Below, piece by piece: positions 53,076-62,156 of a stretch of 64,000 nt of DNA. The stretch's first letter is position 1; each line of letters starts with the position of its first letter. Source of the DNA: Eledone cirrhosa (Eukaryota); the NCBI GenBank assembly GCA_964016885.1, contig OZ024740.1:32054001-32118000 (forward strand). The letters run 5' to 3'. Under the pieces are notes generated by a model. That model saw only the letters and a program-made list of their open reading frames with translations. It had not been told where the DNA came from and searched no databases. The position numbers were made by a program, and so were the translations under genes.

Positions 53076-53750
53076 TGTGACCAATATATAGTATTAGCAA
53101 TTGGAAAGACCAATAGAAACATTGTTTCCTCGGTCCGATTTGACGAAAGTCGATCGACTGTCGATATATATACAAATATAAATATATATATATATATATA
53201 TTTATATTTGTATGTTTATTGTTTATCTTTCACTCCCATGACTACTACTCTGTATTATGTCATTCATCCTTTACCTAAATTCTTTTACTTTCTATGTCCC
53301 TGACACATTATACTTTCCATTAAATAATCCTTCGCATATTTACCATTAACTATATATATATTTGTCTAATTGATTGTCCCACCTACACCTTGGGATACAT
53401 TCGCTATATAATATACGATAGTGTCTTCATATTATGGTGATAGCCTGGTTTGAATGTATGTATCTTGATTACGTGGATTGCACCCAATATGGTTTTGAGA
53501 CTGACCAGCGCGTGGAACCTAGGGACAGCTGGGGATTGTGTATAGTTTTTCCTATCTGATTGTATCCTATGTAGCTTCAATTTTGATACTTCTTAACTTT
53601 AGCACTAACTTCACTAGCATGGATGGCTACGAATACATGGCATGTTACAACACCGGCTGGCTATGGTTACCATTCTAACTGCACTCGGGGCAGCTGGGTC
53701 TGTCCACCCTTTTGAGTGCTTGGAAATAAACTAAATTTCCCTTTTCTACA
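53076..53750 (+). mobile_element. Possible solo-LTR-like insertion of unknown family
   Basis: Starts TGT, ends AATAAACTAAATTTCCCTTTTCTACA (polyA signal shortly before CA). No TSD demonstrable because an RTE tail overlaps the right end. Confidence 0.25.
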
Positions 53751-54533
53751 TCATCATCATCATCATCATTTTAGTCCACTTTCCCCTGCTTGCAAGGGTG
53801 GGACGGGTCCTATTCAGCACAGCATCTCTCCACTTGTCATGGTCCTTCGTCAGCTCCTCTGTAAGCTTCAGCGATCTGAGGTCTGCTCTCACCACCTCTG
53901 CCCATGTTTTTCGTGGTGTTCCTCTACTACGTCTTCCTTCAACTGGCATTTCTTGGCACTTCTTCACCCATCAGTCATCCTCCATGCGCATAACATGTCC
54001 ATACCATCTCAGTCTCCTCTCCCGCACACTACAATTTACTCCTCTCAGACACAGTTTCTCTCTCAACACATCCATGCTCAGTTATTCACGCACATTGACA
54101 TTGCACATACAACGGAGCATGCTTGCCTCATTTCTCTCCAGCCGTTGCATCTCCTCCGCAGTTGCTGCCCATGTCTCACTACCATGCAGCATCGCGCACC
54201 TCACACAGGCATCATATAACCAGCATTTCGTACACAGGGGGAAACCCTTCTTCGTCAGCAGCTCCCTAAACTTCTTCCAACCTGTCCTTATTCTAGATAC
54301 TATGGCCTCGGAACACCGCTCTCCCATGCTAATCTGATCACCTAGGTACCGGAAGCTATCCACCACTTCTATGCGACTTCTACTGTCAAATTTCCCTGTA
54401 CATCTACTGGATACGTATTTCTCCCTACCTGTTAGTTTGCCTGCTATACCACTACATCTCTTGTGTACCCAAGATCTGCATTGTGTGCATTTTATAGAAT
54501 TTATGCCAGTTCCTTTTCTGCATATCGAACATG
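53749..54533 (-). mobile_element. RTE LINE subfamily B 3' fragment (PHD to tail)
   Basis: Minus-strand ORFs CSICRKGTGINSIKCTQCRSWVHKRC...FRYLGD...GSETWA and EGRRSRGTPRKTW. (CAT)n tail. Confidence 0.92.
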
Positions 54534-54535
54534 CC

Positions 54536-54600
54536 AAGTGGGACAATTCCCGTCTAATCCATGCTAGCGTGGAAGATAGCCGTTAAACAATGATGATGAT
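54536..54600 (+). mobile_element. Short RTE/SINE 3' terminus (A-like) joined head-to-head with the preceding fragment
   Basis: AAGTGGGACAATTCCCGTCTAATCCATGCTAGCGTGGAAGATAGCCGTTAAACAATGATGATG matches the end of 60557-60835. Confidence 0.75.
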
Positions 54601-54659
54601 ATATATATTTGTTTTGCAAAGTTTTTGATATGAAATCGTGTGTCGAAACAAATATTCTC

Positions 54660-55036
54660 ATACTTGGGGAGGGTCATATTGTTGTAATATTGCCAGAAAT
54701 AATACAGAACACACTCACTGTTTGGTTGGTTTTCGCTTCTGTATCTTTTATATCTCCATAGTTAATTTATTTGGCAATCAATGTTTATCATTGATTAATC
54801 AGCGGTTAAAAATACAGATATAAATATATATATAGTCTATCAAAGTTCTTTTGTTGCACATCTACAACATCATCAGTGGTACTATTATGTTTCCTCCTGT
54901 TGTATTGTATGTCTACGCCAAATAAATTAACTATGGAGATATAAAAGATACAGAAGCGAAAACCAACCAAACAGTGAGTGTGTTCTGTTATTATTTCTAG
55001 CAATATTATTACAACAATATAACCCTCCCCAAGTAT
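54660..55036. repeat. Long inverted repeat (about 116-120-bp arms, about 140-bp spacer), candidate foldback/MITE
   Basis: 54660-54775 is the near-identical reverse complement of 54917-55036. Both ORF-track peptides share TEHTHCLVGFRFCIFYISIVNLFG. Confidence 0.85.
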
Positions 55037-55149
55037 AACAAAATATATATATGCATACAGACACATGATATACTCCCCTCCCCTTCAACACCCCTGATAC
55101 ATCTTGCATGCATACATGGAAAGTCCAACCCTCTACAGCTGCTCTTACA

Positions 55150-55393
55150 CAGTGCTGGTACCACGACAAAAAAGGTCCCTGTCAGGTGTTAGTGGTGGTA
55201 CCATAAGAAAAGCTCTCCATACATGCTGTAATGGAGTTGGTCTTAGGAAGGTCATCCAGCTGTAGCAAACCAAGCCAAAAACAGATCTGTATAAGCAAGA
55301 CATGGTCACCTGACCTAGTTAGGTTCATAACATGACAACTTATCTAAAACATACAAGCATGGAAGGTGCACGTTAAATGGTGATGATGATGAT
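55150..55393 (+). mobile_element. Old RTE-type 3' UTR/tail relic
   Basis: TTAGGAAGGTCATCCAGCTGTAG, CATACAAGCATGGAAG...CGTTAAATG and (GAT)n. Confidence 0.65.
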
Positions 55394-55396
55394 GGT

Positions 55397-55558
55397 GGTG
55401 GCGGCAAATTGGCAGAGTCGTTAGAACATTGGATAGAATTTGTTGCAGTACTTGTGCCAGCTCTCTGCCCTCTGAGTTCATAATCCGTTGAGGTTAACTT
55501 TGCCTTTAATCCTTTTGTGGTCAATAAAAAAAGTACCAGTTCAGGACTGGGGTTGATT
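55397..55558 (+). mobile_element. Degenerate tRNA-derived SINE (second family)
   Basis: A-box-like TGGCAGAGTCG, B-box-like GAGTTCATAATCC, central GCCTTTAATCCTTTTGTGGTCAATAAAAAAAGTACCAG resembling a conserved animal SINE central domain. Confidence 0.6.
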
Positions 55559-55724
55559 CTTCATCTATATCTCTTTCTCATTTCCTCTCTCTCCTTCTCT
55601 GGAAGAAATTGACTGTATTCAGAGCTGATAAGGGTATAGGCTCTTCCAGGTTTAAAAAATACCCAAGATATGCTGTATGTCACAATGGCACATGTACAAC
55701 TCCAGAGGGAGTTACAGGTTCATA

Positions 55725-55890
55725 CATATGTATATTTTGAATTTGAAAGCTAGAATCATCAACATTGTTTGACTATGAAAAATAGTTTAAGTTGGGCATA
55801 TAAAGGTGGAAAAAATGTGTATAGTACTGCCAATGAGACTCAAACCCACACCTGCAATATACCATTTCACTGTACTAACTAATTAAACTA
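55725..55890 (-). mobile_element. Diverged copy of the SINE-like repeat at 56590-56800
   Basis: TTGTTTGACTATGAAAAATA...AAGTTGGG...GAGACTCAAACCCAC is the reverse complement of parts of 56600-56745. Confidence 0.6.
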
Positions 55891-55930
55891 AATTGCCACT
55901 GACAAATTTTAAGCCTACTAATCAAGTAGT

Positions 55931-56410
55931 CATCATCATCATCACCGTTTTACGTCCATTCTTCCATGCTAGCATGGGTTAGATGGGTTGTCCTGTTGTG
56001 GGCAATGTTAGGTTGGCTGACCATGCCTTGCTCATACGGGAACTGATTTTGGCTTGATTTCTACAGCTGGATGCCCTTCCTAACACCAGCCTCATTTACA
56101 GAGAGTGCTGGGTGCTTTTTCGTGGCGTCTACACGTCTACTTTACAGTGTGGGCTGGGTGCTTTTTTGCCATGGCACCTCTACGACCATTTTGCAGTAGG
56201 AGGGGTTGGGGGCATATTGTCTATATGCTTCAGCTTGTACCCGTGGGGGGTCGGGTATTCTGTATTACTGCGTGATGCCAGAGGTCATGGTTGTGTGTCA
56301 TTGCCTTTGAGAGGTGCAATTGGGTAATGTCGGCTTTTATCACCTCATCCCAAGTCTTCTTGAGTCTCCCCACTCCGCGGCTTCCATCGACTTCTAGTGC
56401 TCTGCACCTT
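55931..56410 (-). mobile_element. RTE LINE subfamily C 3' fragment
   Basis: CRALEVDGSRGVGRLKKTWDEVIKADITQLHLSK, distinct 3' UTR, CCATGCTAGCATGG stem and (CAT)n tail at 55931. Confidence 0.88.
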
Positions 56411-56412
56411 AG

Positions 56413-56800
56413 TATATATGTAAACAATTTAGTTTTAGAACTGTTGAGCATTAAGAAGTTATGAATTTGTAATTTAGAAGAATTAATTTTGTTTGACTAT
56501 GAAAGTTCAGCACATAAACCCTGGAGACAGTAAAAGGATTGTACAGAGTCACCTGAAGAACACAAACCCATAAATTACACGAAAGTGCCACTGAGAAATT
56601 TTTCAGAAACGGTATATGACAGGGGTGGGTTTGAGTCCCACAGGCAGTGTTGTACAAATTTTTTCCATCTCCAAGGTTTATATACCCAACTTATATATAT
56701 TTTTCATAGTCAAACAACATTGATACTTCTAATTTTCAAATTCAAAAACTTCCCAATGCTCAACAGATCTAAAAATAGATTGTTTATCTATATATATATA
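56413..56800. repeat. Head-to-head inverted pair of diverged SINE-like repeats with outward (TA)n ends
   Basis: 56413-~56545 is a diverged reverse complement of ~56650-56800 (e.g. TGTTGAGCATT / AATGCTCAACA, TGTTTGACTATGAAA / TTTCATAGTCAAACA). B-box-like GGGTTTGAGTCCC near 56627-56640. Confidence 0.7.
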
Positions 56801-56983
56801 GAGAGAGAGAGATAAGTAAAATCCCGACAGTGATGCCAAGAGGTTTCAGCTTGTGTGTTCAGCAAGTCTTTTTCCGCAAGTCGGGATTTTACATATCCTT
56901 ATATCTCTATATCCACTCTATATCTCCCCGTGTATTGAGTACTCACATGATTAATGGTCCCCTCGGTCTCAGCACCGCAGACG

Positions 56984-57032
<49 letters not shown>

Positions 57033-57119
57033 AACAGCTCAAGATAGAATAGAGAATAAAATCGACCCTTAATCATTATAGGAAAGTGAACGAAATATAT
57101 TCATTTAGAGTTATATGAC

Positions 57120-58427
57120 ATAGATGATAACTGAAATTTCTTGCGTAACAACTTACTGCAGGCTACTGAAGAAACTTGTGACTGGAGCAGAGCTTCAACC
57201 AGACAGAGAGTGACATGGTGGTGGAACAGCATGGTAGATAGGGTCATTAGAGACAAAAGACTGGCATGGAAGGCTTGGAAAAATGGTGGGAGTAGAGACG
57301 GATACACAGCCGCTAAGAGAAAATCTAGACGTCAGGTGTACTTAGCACGCAAGGAGGCTGAGAGTAGGAGGTTTGTCAATGTTCTGCGACGGGAAGATCA
57401 GAGACGTGCGGTGTTCCACATTGCAAGGCAGTGTGTCAGTGCAAATCAGGATGTTGTTGGAGATAAGTGTGTCCGGAATGATGCCAATGTACTTAGTGTA
57501 ACGAATGATCAAAAAAAGGAGGCCTGGAAATGTCACTCTGAGAGACTGATCAATGTGGAGAAAGAATTGGAAAGAGAGATATTACCCCCAGTAGACCCAA
57601 CAGAGGGACCAGTTATTGAGATTGATGAATATAGGGTACAAGAGGCGATTAAGGAAATGAAGAATGGTAAGACTGCTGGACCGTTCGGGGATAGTTGCTG
57701 AGATGCTGAAGGCATCAGGAGAAGTAGGCACTATATTGTTTGCACGCATCATCAATATGGTGGTGTCATACCTAAAGATTGGTGCAGCAGTATTCTCATA
57801 AATTTCTACAAAGGTAAAGGGGATGCTCTGGAGAGGAGCTATTATAGGGGTATAAAACTGATGGATCAGGTTATGAAAGTGGCAGAGAGAATATTAGCGC
57901 AACTGATTAGAGAAAGGGTCAAATTAGATGAGATGCAGTTGGGTTTTGTGCCTCGGAAAAGTACAACAGATGCCCTCTTCTTAGTGAGGCAACTACAAGA
58001 GAGGTTCTTAGAGAAGAATAAGCCACTATACTTAGCTTTTGTTGACCTGGAGAAGGCCTTTGATAGGGTACCCCGATCTGTTATCTGGTGGTCCCTAAGG
58101 AAACTAGGTGTAGAGGAATGGCTTGTGAGGACAACGTAAGCTATGTACAGGGGTGCTGTCAGTAAAGTGAGGGTAGGAATTGAGTTTAATGAGGAATTCC
58201 AGATACAAGTAGGTGTAAATCAGGGTTCGGTTCTCAGCCCGCTCTTGTTCATTATAGTCCTCCAAACCATAACAGAGGAGTTTAAGACTGGATGCCCATG
58301 GGAACTTCTCTATGCTGATGATCTGATTCTTATAGCAGAATCAGTAGAGGAGCTAGAGAATAAATTCTGGCTATGGAAACAGCAGTTGGAATCAAGAGGA
58401 CTGAGAGTAAACATAGCTAGGACAAAA
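57120..58427 (+). mobile_element. RTE LINE subfamily B internal fragment (linker to RT YADD), frameshifted
   Basis: Track ORFs 57141-57701 (TWWWN...KNGKTAGP), 57861-58139 (FVDLEKAFDRVP) and 58143-58445 (QGSVLSPLLF, LYADD), broken by stops and frameshifts. Confidence 0.92.
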
Positions 58428-58705
58428 GGGTGGGACGGGAACTGATTCTGGCTTGATTTCTACAGCTGGATGCCCTTCCTAACACCAACCTCATTTACAG
58501 TGAGTGCTGGGTGCTTTTTGTCCGTAGCGCCTACACGTCCACTTTACAGTGTAGGCTGGGTGCTTTTTTGCCATGGCACCTACATGTCCACTTTGCAGTG
58601 GAATGATAGGTAGCCCAGTCCTATCATCTCATTTCTACAGCTGAGTAAACTGGAGCAATGTGAAATAACACATCACCCGGTCTGAGAATTGAACTCACAA
58701 CCTTT
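58428..58705 (-). mobile_element. CORE-like SINE, same family as 48347-48616
   Basis: Reverse complement has B box GAGTTCAATTC, ATTTCACATTGCTCC, the ATGATAGG hairpin and TTAGGAAGGGCATCCAGCTG. The extreme 3' tail is missing. Confidence 0.8.
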
Positions 58706-58706
58706 C

Positions 58707-59641
58707 CATCATCATTTTATGTCCTGCTTGCAAGGGTGGGACGGATCCTATTCAGCACAGCATCTCTCCACTTGTCACAGTCCTTCGTCAGCTTCAGCAA
58801 TCTGAGATCTGCTCTCACCACCTCCGCCCATGTTTTTCGTGGTCTTCCTCTACCACGTCTTCCTTCAACTGGCATTTCCTGGCACTTCTTCACCGATCGG
58901 TCATCTTCCATGCACATCACATGTCCATACCATCTCAGTCTCCTCTCTCACACACTACATGCTATCCCTCTCAGACACGGTTTCTCTCTCAACAAATTCA
59001 TGCTGGGTCGTTCACGCACATTGACATTGCACATCCAACGGAGCATGCTTGCCACATTTCTCTCCAGCCGTCGCATATCCTCTGCAGTTGCTGCCCATGT
59101 CTCAGTACCATGCAGCATCGCGCTCCTCACACAGGCATCATATAACCGGCCTTTCGTACGCAGGGAGAAACCCTTCTTCGTCAGCAGAGGAGGCAGCTCC
59201 CTAAACTTCTTCCAACCCGTCCTTATTCTAGATACTATGGCCACGGAACACCCCCCTCCCATGCTAATCTAATCACCTAGGTACTGGAAGCTATCAACCA
59301 CTTCTATAGCACCTACCTGCATTTGAAAAATGTGTCTATCAATGCGATTTCTACTGTTATGTGTGCATTTTATAGAATTTATGCCAGTTCCTTTTCTGCA
59401 TATCGAACATGGCCATTTCCCTGACGGCATCAGAGTTTTGTCCTCTTTTCTACTCATCAACACTTTTGTCCTAGCTAGGTTCACTCTCAGTCCTCTTGCT
59501 TCCAACTGCTGTTTCTATAGCCAGAATTTATTATCTAGCTCCTCTACTGATTCTGCTATAAGAACCAGATCGTCAGCATAGAGAAGTTCCCATGGACAGC
59601 CAGTCTTAAACTCCTCTGTTATGGCTTGAAGGACTATAATG

Positions 59642-59645
<4 letters not shown>
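58707..59645 (-). mobile_element. RTE LINE subfamily B, 5'-truncated, degenerate
   Basis: Minus ORFs FIIVLQAITEEFKTGCPWELLYADD, KWPCSICRKG, RTGWKKFREL, GRPRKTW. (CAT)n tail at 58707. 5' end at (TA)n. Confidence 0.92.
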
Positions 59646-59678
<33 letters not shown>

Positions 59679-59681
<3 letters not shown>

Positions 59682-59763
59682 TGGAGAGATGCTGTGCTGA
59701 ATAGGACCCGTCCCAGCCTTGCAAGCAGGGAAAAGTGGACGTATAACGATGATGATGATGATG
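59679..59763 (+). mobile_element. RTE subfamily B extreme 3' end (85 bp)
   Basis: AAGTGGAGAGATGCTGTGCTGAATAGGACCCGTCCCAGCCTTGCAAGCAGGG plus (GAT)n, directly after (TA)n 59645-59679. Confidence 0.88.
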
Positions 59764-59884
59764 AAGTTTATCCCGGGTTCAATCAGTAAGAAAGGTACTC
59801 AATACAAAGCAGAGTATAAATATTTGGACCAGAACTGTTTCATTCGAGAGAAATCATCAGGAAGCCCTGATACATCAGGAAGCC

Positions 59885-59919
59885 TATATACACATATATA
59901 TGTACACATATATATACAC

Positions 59920-59952
<33 letters not shown>

Positions 59953-59991
59953 CACATATACATACACACATACATGCACACATACATATAT

Positions 59992-60040
<49 letters not shown>

Positions 60041-60163
60041 TATATGCATACACATATATATATATATACACACACACTCACATATACATACACACTCACA
60101 TATACATACACACATACATATATATACACACACACACATCATATATATATGTATACACATATA
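59885..60163. repeat. Compound (TA)n/(CA)n microsatellite
   Basis: Read directly. It explains the YIYI/HTHT ORFs. Confidence 0.95.
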
Positions 60164-60240
60164 CAGTTGTCCCCCGGGTATTCACCGAGGTAACGTTCCT
60201 GGAGCACCCGCCAAGAGTGAAAAACCACGAATATTGGACG
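60164..60240 (+). mobile_element. pogo/Tigger-like DNA transposon terminus
   Basis: TA|CAGTTGTCCCCCGGGTATTCACCGAGG...TTCCTGG resembles Tigger/MER2-type TIR starts. No convincing partner TIR found. Confidence 0.5.
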
Positions 60241-60556
60241 TGGTCCGTAAAAATACCTATAAACGTCAAAACATAAAATATCGGCCACCAAATACGTAGT
60301 TAGGTTCTAAGGAAAATTTAACATCAATCTTCCAAGCTAGCATGAGTTAATGTATGTATAATGTATACACCATATCGAAACAGTTTAGTACATTCAATAT
60401 GAAACCAATCATTCATATACTTTTGATAAATTACAACATCCCAGCACTATTGCTTTATTTATTAGGTCAATAGAGCCTGGCATGTTAAAGTCAATTGTAG
60501 CTATTTTAATTTACTTTCACCACTCATTTCCTTGAGATTAATTTACAATTATCACT

Positions 60557-60835
60557 GAGGTTGTGTAGGTGTCACGACAAAAAAAACACACAGTCCACGC
60601 TGTAATGTGACCGTGTAGGTAACACGGTAAAAAGCTCCCAGTCCCCACTGTAAATGTGGTTGGTGTTAGGAAGGGCATCCAGCCGTAGAAAACCTGCCTA
60701 ATAGTCCTAATAGTATACGAGCGAGACACGGTCACCCGACCAATCTTGCCTCTAGTGGGACAATTCCCATTTAACCCATGCTAGCGTGGAAGATAGACGT
60801 TAAACTATGATGATGATGATGATGATATGATGATG
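60557..60835 (+). mobile_element. RTE subfamily A-like 3' UTR fragment
   Basis: GTAGGTGTCACGACAAAAAAAACACACAGTCCACGCTGTAATG matches 52602-52646, followed by the stem-loop and (GAT)n tail. Confidence 0.88.
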
Positions 60836-61095
60836 ACTCACTACTCTAAAAATTTAAGGCTGCATGCCTGCTTTATGTCAACTTTTCTTGAGACATGTCA
60901 GAATCACAAAAAGCTTTGTTTGTAAATAGATATGAGATTCAGAGAATCAGAAAGTGACCTCAAATATTAAACTAGTAGATATATATCTTTAAATTTCTTT
61001 TCCCTATCTTCAGTACAAATTAAGGAAATGGCAATAAAACAATTTTTCTTTTCTTTTTCTTTTTCTTTTTCTTTTTCTTTTTATACAGTTAAATT

Positions 61096-61144
61096 ATGGA
61101 GAGAATAGCAGTGCTCATGATTTTTTTTGCGGTCTTTGTGGCAG
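61096..61144 (+). CDS. Probable first coding exon of a secreted protein: signal peptide MERIAVLMIFFAVFVA (exon 61089-61144, phase-1 donor)
   Basis: About 40-nt polypyrimidine tract plus ATACAG acceptor (AG ends 61088), ATG at 61096, charged n-region and hydrophobic h-region, CAG|GTAGGA donor. Confidence 0.6.
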
Positions 61145-61665
61145 GTAGGAGGAAGAGTAGAAAATCCCCTCAAACCAAAGATCTGGCCCAAATACTTGCA
61201 ACAAAGTGGACTCTGCTAAAGGTATCCTAATAGTATTAAACTGGGTGACAGATTAAGTCTACCACCAAAGTAGGTATCAATGAAATTTGAATACAAGCAG
61301 CCAAAATTGGTTCCTCCAAACACACACATTGTATATGCATAGACATACATACGTGTCCATGCATACACCTATCTGCATCCTCAACAAATAGTACGTATGT
61401 GTATATCAACATACTTTATACATATGCATATACAGTATGCATGTTTATACAGTATCAAACCCAGTATGTATTTCAGTCTGGTTTATTTTTATGAATCTCT
61501 ATTTGTTGAATTGTTAAATTATAAGACAACTGTGATGATATAAATTATCATAAAATATGTAGGCAGAAAGGGTTATACTAATATATGAAGACAGAAACTA
61601 CATACATATTTTAAGACACATACAGACAGATATAGTAAATAAATACAAAATATAGGCTAATAACA

Positions 61666-61763
61666 TATATAAAAATATACTTTTCTAAAAATGTGTATAT
61701 AAAAATATATTGTTCTAAAAATGTGTATATAAAAATATACCGTTCTAAAAATGTGTATATAAA
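61666..61763. repeat. 30-bp tandem repeat, about 3.3 copies
   Basis: TATATAAAAATATAY-NNTTCTAAAAATGTG repeated with period 30. Confidence 0.85.
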
Positions 61764-61979
61764 CATAGCATATACACCCATCGGAAAGGGGGTACCATGC
61801 TAGACGAGCGTATTAAAATTTATATAGGCTGAAAGGATTATGGAGACAAAAAATACATAATTTAAGGTACATATACATTTCTATCTAAAATGGCTGACTG
61901 AACACATGCCTCAAATTTGTTTCTCCACCAAATTTTTTTCCATTTCTTCCTCTTCTCTTTCTTTCTATTTCTCATTCTA

Positions 61980-62015
61980 TCTTCTGATGAAGGATTAACA
62001 TCCGAAACATTAAGA
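61980..62015 (+). ncRNA. Minimal type I hammerhead ribozyme relic (Penelope-like element type)
   Basis: Stem I TCTT/AAGA, core CTGATGA (61984-61990), stem II GGAT-TAAC-ATCC, GAAAC (62004-62008), then ATT in place of GTH. Confidence 0.65.
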
Positions 62016-62156
62016 CTCTTTTCTTACTATATCAAGCATTAAACTAATATATACCTTCATTGTACTGTATCATTTGGTGCGTTGTTTTCTGTTTACTTTT
62101 CACACGTACACACATTATATATATATATATATATATGTGTGTTTATATATATATAT

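Noticed and set aside
61525-61532. GACAACTG as right TIR of the pogo-like end at 60164
   Set aside because: Only an 8-bp match, not followed by TA, and no further TIR similarity.
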